DNA from: Octopus vulgaris
Lineage: Eukaryota
Direction of reading: 5' to 3'
Assembly (NCBI GenBank): GCA_951406725.2
Contig: OX597835.1
Location: 14,570,001 to 14,634,000, forward strand
Length of the DNA: 64,000 bases
Position numbers and translations under genes: made by a program
In this document: piece after piece, positions 41,741-55,835 of the stretch
Numbering within the stretch: the first letter of the stretch is position 1
How the letters are laid out: each line of letters begins with the position of its first letter
Notes under the pieces: model-generated
What the model was told of the DNA's origin: nothing
Databases searched by the model: none
The model's input: only the letters and a program-made list of their open reading frames with translations

Positions 41741-42055
41741 TATACACCTGCTTCGGCGCATGTTCTCAAAGAAATATATGGAGAGCAAAGCAGGTAGACA
41801 GTATGGCAGCTTAATAGACATAGCTTAGTTATTCGTTGAGAGAAAATAATTTGTGTCTGGTGTAATTATGGGAGGACCAGAACAAAACACGAATATCTTA
41901 TTCATTGGCCACACTTTGTGTATAATTGTTCGGATACACTTGTGTGCTTCCATAGACGTAGAATGAAGTCGGATGTTGCTACATAAATATGAGACTATCA
42001 TCAGTGTGAAAGCGCGCACGTCTATGTTTGTGTGTATGCAGTATATATAGATATG

Positions 42056-42139
<84 letters not shown>

Positions 42140-42143
42140 CATG

Positions 42144-42189
<46 letters not shown>

Positions 42190-42350
42190 ATTAAACGTAT
42201 ATATAAATATATATGTACATACATATAAATATATAAATATATATATATATATACATATATATATACATATATATACATACATACACACACACGCACACAT
42301 ATATATATATACATATATGTATACAAATATATATATATACGCACATATAT

Positions 42351-42385
<35 letters not shown>

Positions 42386-42424
42386 CATATACACATATAC
42401 ACATATATATATACATACATACAT

Positions 42425-42472
<48 letters not shown>

Positions 42473-42633
42473 GGAGACAGAGAGAGAGAGAGAGAGGAAG
42501 AGAGAGATAAATAGATATAAATATATATTATATATATTATATCGTATATATATATATATGTGTATATACGTATATATGTGTATATATATATATGTATACA
42601 TATACATGCACGTTTGTATTAATTGAAAATATG

Positions 42634-42707
<74 letters not shown>

Positions 42708-42825
42708 TTTATGTGTATATATATATATATACATTCATATATACATACATATATATATAAATATATATGTATGTATATATATATATATATATATGCGCGT
42801 ATATATATGTATATATATATATGCG

Positions 42826-42856
<31 letters not shown>

Positions 42857-43574
42857 TTACACACACACACACACACATATATATAATTATGATATAACAC
42901 GGGGATGGAGGATATCAGGTTTAAATTGCACATTCCAAGATTCTGTCTCTGCGTCGCACATGAGCTTTAACTTGCAGAGTTAATTTTCATATACAATTAT
43001 AGAAGATCGTTTTTTTAATAATTATTCCATAGTCGAATATGATTATTATATAACAGAATATAATTCTTTATAATTATTATATAATGGAATATGATTCTTT
43101 ATAATTGATATATTGTTGAATACATAATGAAGATCTGCAATTATTGTATATGAATACAAACTCAACAACTTATTGGAGGTGTGCGATGTAGGAACAAATG
43201 TAGTGATCTACTGTTAAAGCCCCAAATTCTTCATCCTAGGGTTATATTATTCATAAATAAATCTTATTCAAAGAAGAGTACCACATGTGTTTTCAGCCCT
43301 GGAATGTACCCTATTGTAGGATAGCATATGGTGACCCAATAACGGCAAAAGTGCTGTTAAATGTATGTAACGAGGTTTTCACCACAATTATATTACATAC
43401 AGATATAATTATATACATACATATCTGTATGCATGTATGTAGATATGTATGTGTGCATATATGTATGTGTGTGTGTGTGTATGTGTGTGTGTGTGTGTCC
43501 TGGGTATGATTTTAAACCGATACCGGTAGCGGGGACTGGGATGGGAGTTCCACGGTTTTGAGATTGTGGAACCA

Positions 43575-43995
43575 CTTCTTATTTCTTTATTGCCCACAAG
43601 GGGCTAAACATAGAGGGGACAAACAAGGACAGACAAAGGGATTAAGTCAATAACATCGATCCTAGTGCGTAAGTGGTACTTAATTTATCGACCCCGATAG
43701 GATGAAAGGCAAAGTCGACCTCCGCGGAATTTGAACTCACAACGTAAAGACAGACGAAATACCTGTTTCTTTATTACCCACAAGGGGCTAAAATAGAGGG
43801 GACAAACAAGGACAGACAAACGGATGTAGTCGATTACATCGACCCCAGTGCGCAACTGGTACTTAGTTTATCGATCTCAAAATGATGAAAGGCAAAGTCG
43901 ACCTCGGCGGAATTTGAACTCAGAACGTAGCGGCAGACGAAATACCGCTAAGCATTTCGGCCGGCGTGCTAACGTTTCTGCCAACTTGCCGCCTC
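43575..43995 (-). mobile_element. dimeric SINE, family D, both monomers with LINE-like tail
   Basis: Two gtcgactttgcctttcatc bodies, each followed by ccttgtttgtccc...agccccttgtggg.aataaagaaa. Confidence 0.88.
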
Positions 43996-44469
43996 TTAAC
44001 CACCATTGTTCTCGTGTCTACTATGAGTAGATCCGATAGGGTCCCAGCTGTGATTTAACTAGCATGTGAACCACGGGAGTGAAGGACCTCTACTTCTCGT
44101 CTGAATTTACTGCTAGGGTAAACTTATATGTAACACCTGACGTGCAATTGGTTTCGGGTCGGCAGTTGGCTTCGGGTCGGCTCAACTTCTGTTGTACCAC
44201 TGGTTTTATTACTGATTGCGCTAAAAATTGGCTTCAGTGCTAAGCAATATTTGATGCACTCAAGACAAATTCATGCACAGGAACCTCTTCGACTGATACT
44301 GATTCTCTCGTATACTATTTAACGTACTGCTAAGTTACGGTGATGTAACCCAACCAACACCAGATGTGAAGCGGTCTGAAAAGAAAAAGAAACGCAAACA
44401 CACATATACGATGGCTTCCATATATATATAGTCTACAAAATTTACCCACAAGGCATTCGTAGAGCGACA

Positions 44470-44470
44470 T

Positions 44471-44528
<58 letters not shown>

Positions 44529-44621
44529 GGATGGACGGACGGACGGACGGACGGATGGATGGACGGACGGACGGACGGACGGACGGACGGACGGATGGAC
44601 GGGTGGATGGATGGATGGATG

Positions 44622-44696
<75 letters not shown>

Positions 44697-44777
44697 GGAT
44701 GGACGGACGGACGGACGGACGGACGGACGGACGGACGGACGGATGGACGGGTGGATGGATGGATGGATGGATGGATG

Positions 44778-44836
<59 letters not shown>

Positions 44837-44960
44837 GATGGATGGATGGACGGACGGATGGACGGACGGACGGACGGACGGGTGGATGGATGGATGGACG
44901 GACGGACGGACGGACGGATGGATGGATGGATGGATGGATGGATGGATGGATGGATAGATG

Positions 44961-45013
<53 letters not shown>

Positions 45014-45018
45014 GTAGA
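44470..45018. repeat. compound (GATA)/(GATG)/(GACG) microsatellite with higher-order repetition, inside a degenerate family A SINE (44330-45140, minus)
   Basis: GATA>GATG>GACG>GGTG>GATG>GATA cycle repeated three times. Confidence 0.92.
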
Positions 45019-45886
45019 TGCGACAGGCTTCCTTCAGTTTCCGTATACCAAATTCACTCCCATTTGACTCAAGATACCGCACAGTGGGACTGAACACTGA
45101 ATCACGTGTGTTTGTAGAACACACTTCTTAACCGCAGAGCTATTTAATCAAACAGTTACAGTACATATTCACAGGAAACATTAATCTTTCGAGCATATTC
45201 ACACACGGAAACAATTCGTAGCTATTCGTATACATGTGACATGTATTGTAATGCATATTTTCATACGCCAACACACATTACATATTTACATGCTCAACAC
45301 TACATAGCTTAAACAGATCCAGCTACGAACCTGTATTGTTATTAAATATGGTATCACACTGCACCTCTCTCATGGCGTTTCTAAATATAATTGGTGACAA
45401 CGCTAAGATAGAATATTAATCTATATGTAAGAACCATCCGTAACTCGTTAATAAATCCTCTATCTACCTGCCAATTCCGCCCCCCCTCCTCCATCAACTT
45501 TCTTCTCTGTCTACTTACCTGTGAATCTACCCAACGACACATTTCTATGTATGTACTGTGTTTCTTATTTTTCTTGTGTGTAGGGTGGTGCGGTTTGGTG
45601 TGGTGTGGTGTGGAAGGCCTTATTCACCACCCGTTCTAAAACCGCTGTGAACCTTTGGGTTCCTGTGGTGAGATATTTTCTCTTGCGAGTATTGAGGTGA
45701 GGTCTCTTGCTTGACGATAAGCTCTTAAAAAGTTACTTCCGACTGCTTCTTCATTTTGTAAATTTTACTATGTGTAGGAATGCACACAGTGTTATGTAAC
45801 TACGAGCTTCGTTTCGAAAACTTTTCCAAACAGAACTTTCCCTGACTAGTTTGTTAGGAAACACCAATTGTAAGAGGCAACTTGTT

Positions 45887-46152
45887 TCACTAGCTTCCAG
45901 CAGAGATAGTTCCGCTTATATCAGTAGGTAATCTCAAAATTGCAGCAGATATAGGCCCGCTTATATCACTGGGTAATCTCAAAATTGCAGCAGATATAGG
46001 CCCGCTTATATCACTAGGAAATCTCAAAATTGCAGCAGATATAGGCCTGCTTATATCACTAGGTAATCTCAAAATTGCAGCAGATATAGGCCCGCTTATA
46101 TCACTGGGCAATCTCTTACAGCAGATACAAGTCCGCTTACTTCACTAGGTAA
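45887..46152. repeat. 45-bp minisatellite, ~6 units
   Basis: tcactaggtaatctcaaaattgcagcagatataggcccgcttata repeated; gives the PSDISGPISAAILRL pseudo-ORF. Confidence 0.95.
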
Positions 46153-46249
46153 CTACTAACACCCATTGTGGTAGGTCCGCTCATATTACTAGTCAAGTAC
46201 AAATATCCAGAGTCGGAGTTTTCTGTTTAACTAGACGATCAATCTCAGT

Positions 46250-46610
46250 ATTTCCGGAAAGGATGAAAAGCAATTCCACCGACCTCGGTGGAATTTGAAC
46301 TCAGAACGTAAAGACCGACGCAATGCCGCTAAGCATTTTGCCTGTCGTGCTAACGATTCTGCCAGCTCGCAGCTTCATCGTATATTTATCATAATGGTTT
46401 CAAATTTTAGGCACAAGGCCAGCAGTTTTGGGAAGGAGGCAAGTCGATTACATCGAACCCAGTGCGTAACTGGTACTTAATTTATTGACTCCGAAAGAAT
46501 GAAAGACAAAGTCGACCTCAGTGAAATTTGAACCCAGAACGTAAAGACGGACGCAATACCGCTAAGCGTTTTGCCTGGCCTGCTAACGATTCTGCCAGCT
46601 CGCAGCCTTA
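46250..46610 (-). mobile_element. two tandem family D SINE copies
   Basis: gaatttgaac.cagaacgtaaagac.gacgcaat.ccgctaagc...gattctgccagctcgcagc occurs twice. Confidence 0.8.
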
Positions 46611-46661
46611 TTGTATTATATCATAACCAAATCTCGAATTATACGTTCTTTAAAATACTGT

Positions 46662-47050
46662 GTGGAGGCGCAATGGCCCAGTGGTTAGGGCAGCAGACTC
46701 GCGGTCGTAGGATCGCGGTTTCGATTCCCAGACCGGGCGTTGTGGGTGTTTATTGAGCGAAAACACCTAAAAGCTCCACGAGGCTCCGGCAGGGGATGGT
46801 GGTGATCCCTGCTGTACTCTTTCACCACAACTTTCTCTCACTCTTACTTCCTGTTTCTGTTGTACCTGTATTTCAAGGGGCCGGCCTTGTCACTCTCTGT
46901 GTCACGCTGAATATCCCCGAGAACTACGTTAAGGGTACACGTGTCTGTGGAGTGCTCAGCCACTTACACGTTAATTTCACGAGCAGGCTGTTCCGTTGAT
47001 TCGGATCAACCGGAACCCTCGTCGTCGTAACCGACGGAGTGCTTCCATCC
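46662..47050 (+). mobile_element. tRNA-derived SINE, family B (tail type 3), with 10-bp TSD
   Basis: A/B boxes tggcccagtggtta / ggtttcgattccc; TSD aaaatactgt at 46652-46661 and 47051-47060. Confidence 0.92.
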
Positions 47051-47808
47051 AAAATACTGTATTTTTTCATTATACTTTCTTTAAAATTGCGTGTTATTCT
47101 TTAGGTAGTCAATATAACGTGTGAGCGATAATTACTCTCTTGGATTTGCACATACATTACAAAGAAAGACGAAATTTGCATTAGAAAGTTCTGCGCTCAG
47201 CCACAACAAAAAATAGAAGGAACTTTGCATTTACTCGAAGACTTGAAGCACTTCACGTCAATTAATTGATCAGAGTTCCAACACTTGTACACTGAAGTAT
47301 TTCTGAAAGTAAATGCTTTTCACCCAAAATTTTCTGAGACTGTCAAGCGGGCAACAAAAACCATTTCCAATGTATACTTCTTCACATTTCTTACATAGTT
47401 GAAATTCATAATTCTATAACACCAAGCTGTCTAGCTATGGTGCTACAGAAATACGGTAAATGACATTGCTTATAACATTTGAAAGAATTCACCTGCTTCC
47501 AGGATCTGGGGAGCTACCAGACAAAAGCAAAAGGATTCTTTCTGGTAAGACTCAGCGTAATACATACAGATTACATGGTTTCCGGTATATTAAGATGTTT
47601 AACAATTAGGTAACGAAAATATTTCTACCTCAACATATCAGGAGTTACTGTGGCATTAATATTCATGTATGAAGACGATATATCATGTATGTATGAATGT
47701 GTGTATGTATGTTTATATGTATGTATGCATGCATATACGTATGTTTGTATGAGAATTTGAACGTATGCAATATGTACAATATACAAAGCAGACATACTCA
47801 CATACATA

Positions 47809-47874
<66 letters not shown>

Positions 47875-48062
47875 AATTTATAAACAAACACACACACACA
47901 TACTTACGTATATATGTTAAACAAATTGTAAAGTATTATATATCCATTACAACCAATCTTACCAATAGGTTTCTTACTTGGCACCAAACCGGTTGTTAGA
48001 TAACGGCGTTGCTGCGAAATACCGCGCGCTCGTCAGTGATGACAGATATGGAAAATACATAC

Positions 48063-48105
<43 letters not shown>

Positions 48106-48203
48106 GAATTATGTCCGTTAGTCTTAATGGTCTCTGAATTGTAAGTTTGTCGGGGTCAGGGGTTGGTATTCATGTAGGGTTGGAATATGCGTAGGTGTAT
48201 ATA

Positions 48204-49394
48204 CGAGGGTCGGCTGAGAAGTTCACAAGCTGACCAAGATACTCTCATGGAATGAGGTTCTCAAATGAGGTTCAGTTTTTAACGTAGTCCTCCCCCCCTT
48301 GCAACCCACATACTTCTTCCGTCGGTGTTGCAGTGCTTGGATCCCATTGATGAAGACGCTTTCTTCCGGTCGGTCGAAAAAGTCATCAACAACAGATATG
48401 ACGTCATCATCACTGCGATACTGATTCCCGGCCAAATGTTTTCTTGTTGTGGAACAGATGATAGTCAGATGGGGTCAAACCCTATGAAACAAGACTCCCT
48501 TTGTCAGATTTCCTGGCCGTTTGGTCTTGATAGCGTTTTTCGTAACTGCCTTAGCAAGTTGGTATGGTACTCTCCATTGATGGTGTGGCCCCTGTGAAGA
48601 TAGTCGATAAACATAATGTCATTTGCATCCCCCAAAATTTAGGCCATCACCTTCCCTGCAGATGTAACCGCCTTGTCTTTCTTTGGAGTAGGTGAGGTGA
48701 GGTGTCTCCCAATGCATGGATTATCTCTTTGTCACTGGCTCAAAATGATGAAAGCAAAACTCATCCTGGCTTAAGAAACGTTTCTTAAGATTTTCCCGTG
48801 ATGTGATCAGCCTGGTGTGCTTTTGATCGGGTGTCACAAGATGTGGCAACCACTGAGTAGAAGCCTTCGTCATGTCAAGTTCATTGTGCAGAATATTCTC
48901 AACTCTCTCACTAGATATGCGAACAGCATTGAGTATTCGATTTATAGTCAATCGCCTGCTTTGCATCACCATGTGGTGAACACGATCAATGTTTGCTTCA
49001 GTGGTAACAGCTCCAGGACGTCCAGGCCTTGGGTTATCATCAAAACTCTTCCTTCCTCTCCTAATTTCAACTGCACACTATTCCACTGTTGATAAAGCTG
49101 GATCGTCATCTCCTAATCTATCAACCATGTGAGCATGAATGTCCCGGGTATTGGGGGTCTAAAGCCCTTTTCTGAAAGCCCTTGCTAACACTACGATGTC
49201 GAATTTAGTCCGCTAAAAAGAGAAGCTGCTACAGGTTACTTTTGAAGTTTTGCTATGAACAGTCAGACGTCAGTTTATCTGGAAAGAAACAATGCAGTTG
49301 TTTATAAGAAGAGTTACAATTAAGGCATGTAAAATCTCACAGCTCTAGCATCACTCCTTTATAGTCAGCCTATGAACTTCTCAACCCACCCCCG
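48204..49394 (-). mobile_element. near full-length decayed mariner transposon
   Basis: TIRs cgagggtcggctgagaagttcacaagctgac / gtcagcctatgaacttctcaacccacccccg; minus-strand RRLTI...ILHNEL.MTKAS.QWLPHL.TPDQK, FHHFEP, SAGKVMA, FINGIQALQHR. Confidence 0.9.
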
Positions 49395-49759
49395 TGTGTG
49401 TGTGTGTGCGTGCGGGTGTGCGGGTGTGTGTGTGTATGTGTGTGTGTGTGTGTGTAAACATCTAGGCCACACAACGCCATTTCGCTGACTATTAAAGCAT
49501 TCAATAAATGCAGTGATTTAATAAACACCTACGTCTGCAAACATAAATATTTGGTAATGTAAACACTAACAAACGATAATTTATCATCCTTTGCGGTTAG
49601 TTCTCTTCTATATAACAGGTGTGTGTGTATATATACATATAATATATCTGCATAATCATGGCGTCTATGTATATATACATGTTTGTGTGTATATATATAG
49701 GGATTATATCCATATAATTGATGCTGGCATTACACCACCCATGCAAGAACCTATCTGCT

Positions 49760-50450
49760 ATTCTATTACTAGAAGGTAAAGTTCTGTTGTTAAGGGGGTC
49801 ATTTCGAAAACATTAGGGTCCCAGAACGACAGATTCCACTGTTTCTTTGTTATCATATCGTATAAATTTTGCCAACGCATTTCATCACCAATTTTCTCGG
49901 GTGATCGTAGTGTTTCTGGTGAAGATGCTACCGTCATAGTATGTCAGGGTATCGCAGTCACATGCGTATGTGTGGTAGTTTATGGATATCATTGTAGATC
50001 GCTGATAGAACTGAGTGACAAATTGCCAACCATTAAATGGCCGAAGTTTTAACCTATTGCATGCAGTGCAGTCATTTCTCATGTTTAATACACGCAACTC
50101 CTTCAAAGAATCCAGCTGAAAATAAGCACCGGATGATTATAAATATTCATCACAGTTAGTAGCGAGAATGATCTGTAACAAATCAATATTAATTACCAAG
50201 CACTTCCGAGTTCTAATCCTCATAGAATCCTTAAGATAAACGCCATAAAAGTCTTTTATAAAACCTTTGATTCTAGTCAATGAAAGTGAAAGATCCTTGT
50301 CAAATCCCTTTGGGAACTTTATAATGTCCTTCATATAATATTGTCAGTGAACTCAAGACCCCATAGAGTTCCTGGCTTTGGAAGTTCATGGTTTCTATGT
50401 AAACGATTTTCGTAATCTCTGCATATATTTCTATCCGTTGTTGACTCGGT
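49760..50450 (-). pseudogene. possible decayed leucine-rich-repeat protein coding sequence
   Basis: Two ORF-track ORFs are in one frame separated by a single TAA: ...EYL*SSGAYFQLDSLKELRVLNMRND...INYHTYACDCDTL; resembles an LRR plus LRR-CT cap. Confidence 0.3.
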
Positions 50451-50603
50451 GAAAAAAAATCCCATCAATCATGGATTACTGCAGATATTAATGACTAATA
50501 ACAGAGTCAAATAATCACTTATTTACATGTTTAAAATATTAATACATTTTACGTACACATAAACACAAATATATATATATAGATAGATAGATAGATAGAT
50601 CGC

Positions 50604-50673
50604 CATACTAATACAATTGTTTGTTTGTACTCCACCTGCGTTCGTCTTTTGTTTATTTTCATAAAGCTTCCCG

Positions 50674-50675
<2 letters not shown>
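50604..50675 (+). mobile_element. 3' fragment of the 35270-35452 PLE-like family abutting (TA)n
   Basis: atactaataca.ttgtttgtttgtac.ccacc.g..ttcgtcttttgttt. Confidence 0.6.
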
Positions 50676-50718
<43 letters not shown>

Positions 50719-50762
50719 CATGTATATATATATTTATATACATGTACATATATATATATATG

Positions 50763-50826
<64 letters not shown>

Positions 50827-50842
50827 CATGTATATGTATATA

Positions 50843-51000
50843 CAGGGTATGCTGAATAAACTATTTAAATTTAAATAACACTGATTTTACCAAAATTACA
50901 TAAAAATATCTTGAAATACTAAAGAGTAAATTTATTCAATAAAATTGCTATTGGCTTCAACCACGGTCTCCAGACGACTTCAGAACCTCCTGCAACCCTT
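50843..51000 (-). mobile_element. Tc1/mariner (DD37D-like) terminal fragment
   Basis: TA-cagggt.. terminus; minus strand CRRF*SRLETVVEANSNFIE*; homologous to 20766-20925. Confidence 0.7.
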
Positions 51001-51111
51001 CTGGGCGGTTTGGGACAGGATTTGTCGCTATATAATCATAATTTATATACGCAGATATATACCTATAGTTATGCATATATTTGTCTGTCTGTCTGTCTGT
51101 CTGTCTATCTG

Positions 51112-51192
<81 letters not shown>

Positions 51193-51233
51193 ATATATAT
51201 ATATATATATCTATCTATTCTGCTATCTGTCTG

Positions 51234-51282
<49 letters not shown>

Positions 51283-51800
51283 GCACCTACATACACACAT
51301 ATATACGCATATACAAGTATATATATTTAGGTTTCCCGATCGGTACCAAAGATGTAATTTTCTTACATCTACCATTTTATTCCATAGAGATACAACTTCT
51401 TTTAAGCGTCAACAGTACTTGGAATATAAAACACACACTTAAATCTTAAAGAACGCAATCGTATTTAACAGACACAAATGAATACACTTCAAAGGCAGCG
51501 TGTCTTTCTCCATAATTCATTTAAGATTCTTATAAGTAAGTCCCTACTTTCTTTGACTCCCTGAGTGCAAGACGCTTCTTTTTTCTGTTTTCAACAAATA
51601 TTCTCTGACCTTATTAGATACAGATTAAACGAAAATGTTTTTGAATCCTGGTGTTATAGATATAGATTCAATGACAGTTTTGTTAAAAATCGAACGTACG
51701 AATATATAAATACGAAAAGGAGCAATAATGTTGGATTCAAATTTTGACGCAAGGTCAGCAATTTTGGACGAGGCTGTGAGCCAATTACATTGACCCCTGT

Positions 51801-52107
51801 TGTTTGTTCCTTTTCGAGCCATGCCTGGCTCATAAGGGCCGGTTTCCTGGTTTCCTTGGCGTATAGGTTACCCACCTGAACGGGACGCCGGTCCGTCGCA
51901 GGTGAGCTGCAAGATGCATGAGGAAAGAGTGAGAGAAAGTTGTGTCGAAAGAGTCAGCAGAATTTCGCCATTACCTTCTGCCGGAGCCGCGTGGAGCTTA
52001 GGTGTTTCGCTCATAAACACACACATTGCCCGGTCTGAGATTCGATCTCACGATCCCTCGACCGCGAGTCCGCTGCTCTAACCACTAGGCCATGTGTCTC
52101 CGCACAT
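51801..52107 (-). mobile_element. family B SINE inserted into a family D SINE, 12-bp TSD
   Basis: TSD attgacccctgt at 51789-51800 and 52108-52119; flanks continue as a D-family copy (51730-52265). Confidence 0.9.
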
Positions 52108-52504
52108 ATTGACCCCTGTGCTCGACGGGTACTTGTTTTATTGGTCTCGAAAGGACGAAAGGCAAATACGACTCCGTCGGCATTTGAGGTCAGAACGTTA
52201 TGTCGGAAGAATTGTCTCTAAGTAATTTTTTCCGGCGCGGTGACGTTTTTGCCAGCACGCTGCCTAGAGAGGAGCAATCATATTGATTTCAAATTGTGGC
52301 ACGGGGCCAGCAATTTTGTGTGAGTGAGTAAATGGATGAAACCGACCCTCAATGCTCAGCCGGTACTTAATTTATTGACACCGAAAGGATGAAAGGTACT
52401 TTGCTCGGCATGGTAATAATTCTGAAAGAATGAAGGTGACGAGAGAGAGAGAGAGAATGAAAGACAGAGAGTATGAGGAACACTATATAAAGCTTAACAG
52501 TTAA

Positions 52505-52626
52505 AGATTTACTTCAACATTTAAATTTAATTTAATTTGTCAAAAGATTTTCGTCGCTTTGTGACCGCGACCTTCAAAGCGACGAAAATATTTTGATAAA
52601 TTAAACTTAAATGTTGAAGTGAATCT
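52505..52626. repeat. ~55-bp inverted repeat with 3' half of a hammerhead-like motif
   Basis: agatttacttcaacatttaa...tttcgtcgctttg vs caaagcgacgaaaatattttg...ttaaatgttgaagtgaatct; GTCGC..GCGAC-GAAA on the minus strand. Confidence 0.8.
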
Positions 52627-53529
52627 AACGGATTTTGTGTGTTTCTTAAATGGCTTATAAACACCTTCCACGCTGCAATTGTTTTCGTTCCAGCTCACGA
52701 TCTCAGATCAAGTCACTCGCTATGCAAGTACATATCCGTAAAGTTAAAGATTTGTTTGAGGCTTTCCAGTTTTTACACAAAGTTATGGTTATTCACACCG
52801 AAAGATCTGAGAGAAAAAAGCTCAGAAATGAATAGATTGTCTGTGGGAAAAGAGACCTGCTTCAAGGAATTATACAAACACGTCAAATCTTTGTTTTAGT
52901 TTATAAGAAAAAAATATTATCCTATTGTTTTACAACTGTTTTCAAATGCTTGTACGGCAGACGTGTTTTGTGTCTTTACTTAAAAGTTTGGTGAGGTTTT
53001 CATGACTAGAAATATGCAGCAAGAAAGCAAATTCCGGTTTATGTCGTTGAGACGAAACTAAAGATTGATTTCGTTCTATATCGTTTCACATAAAACCACA
53101 CACCCAGAACCTTATCAGCAACTTTGGGGTCTAACATTTATATATGTAAGTATTATTTCGACGTGAAAATATCTCTTTCTCTACTGTTACATTGCTAACA
53201 TTACGAATATTCTCAGATTCCTTTTAATTTAGATATTTTAAACATTTCCGTTTTATTTCTTCAACATTAGAAAACCCATGATTTCAGATAGTTAAACTCC
53301 ATTATTCTCCACAAGTTACGATTAATTCAGCTATAAATTCTATCAACCATTCTAATTTTTCATTCGTTTCAGAAAGTTATTCAAGCAAAACAAATGGCCT
53401 TTTGTTACAAACAATATTAAATTTTGAGTAATAAACTGCAACAACACTAACAACAACAAAACACACACACACCCACACACACCCACACACACACACACAC
53501 AAACACACGCACACACACACACATAAATG

Positions 53530-53569
<40 letters not shown>

Positions 53570-53730
53570 CATTTATGTGTTGTATACATATATGCATGTG
53601 TGTGCGTATATGTGTATCTATATATGTATATATATGCACAAATATATTTATATATTTATAGAAATATATATACATATGCGTGTATATATTTAAATATATT
53701 TATATATATAAATATGTGTGTGTGTGTTAG

Positions 53731-53784
<54 letters not shown>

Positions 53785-53795
53785 TTGATAGGTAC

Positions 53796-53846
<51 letters not shown>

Positions 53847-54406
53847 TGTCTCTGTATGCGTGTGTGTGTGTATGTATCATACACACACTTATAGACATAA
53901 CTAAATACATCGATGTATACATATACATATATATATATATATATGCGTGCATGTTTGTGTATGTGAGCGTGGGCGTATATATGCGTGCGTACCTGTGTGT
54001 GTATGTACGTAACTCAAGGTGTATTCCCAAATAGGTGTTTCTCATAAATATCTGTATACATTGGCACAAAAGGAAGATCAACATTATCTCGCATTTACAA
54101 TATCCCCATCTCACCTAGATAGACTTATCCACATTACAGTTGAGCATCGGTGGAGCAATTATTAAAATGAAACAAATAAAAGGGGTGCCGGGTATGTGCT
54201 TGTGTGGGTTGATGTAACAAGCAGATGCTTCGCGGTATTAATTCTGGAATTTCGCCAAAACTTAAATAAAAAAAAAAGCAAAAAAGGAACAAAAACCGAA
54301 ATAACTTGGAACAGTCTGTCTCGTTCCCTTTTACTGCGGGAGACGAATCTCTCGCAGGATTAGATCAAACTATTTTCAGTTGTTTGCTTAATAAACTTAA
54401 ATAACG

Positions 54407-54478
<72 letters not shown>

Positions 54479-54522
54479 GTAATTGCATTTTTTTAGTTTC
54501 TAATTTAGTTTCATGTTTTCTA

Positions 54523-54535
54523 GTAATAATAATAA

Positions 54536-54605
<70 letters not shown>

Positions 54606-54647
54606 GGTGGTGGCGGCGGTGGTGGTGGTATTAGTAGTAGTAGTAGT

Positions 54648-54701
<54 letters not shown>

Positions 54702-54717
54702 GGTGGTGGTGGTGGTG

Positions 54718-54764
<47 letters not shown>

Positions 54765-54803
54765 GGTGGCGGCGGTGGTGGTGGTATTAGTAGTAGTAGT
54801 AGT

Positions 54804-54866
<63 letters not shown>

Positions 54867-54873
54867 GGTGGTG

Positions 54874-54929
<56 letters not shown>

Positions 54930-54969
54930 GGTGGTGGTGGTGGTGGTGGTGGTGGTGGTGGTGGTGGTG

Positions 54970-55003
<34 letters not shown>

Positions 55004-55242
55004 AAGAAGAAGAAGAAGAAGAAGAAGAAGAAGAAGATTATGATGATGATAGTAAGGACGACGGCGGACGACCATAGCAACAGCGACGACGATGATGATG
55101 ATGATGATGACGTTGATGAAGATGACGACGATGACGATGATGACGACGACGGCGCCGACAATGATGATAATTATTATGATGATGATGATGATGACGACGA
55201 CGATGATGATGATGGTGATGATGGTGGTGGTGATGATGATGA
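54523..55242. repeat. compound trinucleotide array (AAT/AGT/GGT/AGC/AAG/GAT/GAC) with higher-order duplication
   Basis: Block (GGT)nGGCGGC(GGT)3ATT(AGT)n(AGC)n(AGT)n occurs at ~54596 and ~54755. Confidence 0.95.
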
Positions 55243-55463
55243 ATCTTTTTCCTGTATCGAGTAAGACGAGTCCATTCAAAGTATGTCGTGCAGAAAGGTC
55301 ACAAGATACGTAGGGGTGTGCTTATTTATAGTAAACGGAGTGGGTGAGGACCAAAATCGTAATAGAATACCTTAAAGCAGGTTCAAAAATTAGTACAGAA
55401 AACGAAGAAGGGTAATCCACCCACACTTTTTGACAACAACAACAAGAACAACAATAATAATAA

Positions 55464-55800
55464 TGTCTCAGATGCCAGATAGCTTGACTGCAGCTCTTAA
55501 ATACGAGATATCTCGGCTGTGTAAAATGAAGAAGGTGAAGATAGTGCTAATTATTTTTGGGCCCTTGGGGAGAGTTTCAGAAGGCATCAAGAGGAATATA
55601 AAAGAAAATCGGAATGGAGTGCCTAGTAGAACTGTTATACAAGGTTTGCCTCGTTGACACGGTCAGAATCAACGGGCAAGAATTACATAGTTGAAAAGAA
55701 TTACATAGATGCATGGAGCTGTAGGCTGCATGTAGCAAACCCGCTGCAGATAGCAAGACTCCAGGAGTTCCAACAAAACCTGAGTTAACAACAATAACAA
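55464..55800 (+). mobile_element. 5'-truncated R4/Dong-like (RLE) non-LTR retrotransposon 3' end in (AAT)n
   Basis: LKYEISRLCKMKKVKIVLIIFGPLGRVS, then after a frameshift KIGMECLVELLYKVCLVDTVRI; resembles the R4/Dong RLE C-terminus (EI.RLW..K.V.VVPII.GALG.V...LQK..LLGT.RI); (AAT)n on both sides. Confidence 0.72.

Positions 55801-55835
<35 letters not shown>

Noticed and set aside
46664-46740. tRNA-like sequence (also 10025, 16075, 61325)
   Set aside because: It has A/B boxes but continues into a SINE body with TSDs and lacks a proper acceptor stem; these are SINE heads.
54500-55313. Ser/Gly/Arg-rich and poly-Asp ORFs resembling structural proteins
   Set aside because: Single-codon runs with almost no synonymous variation indicate microsatellite slippage.
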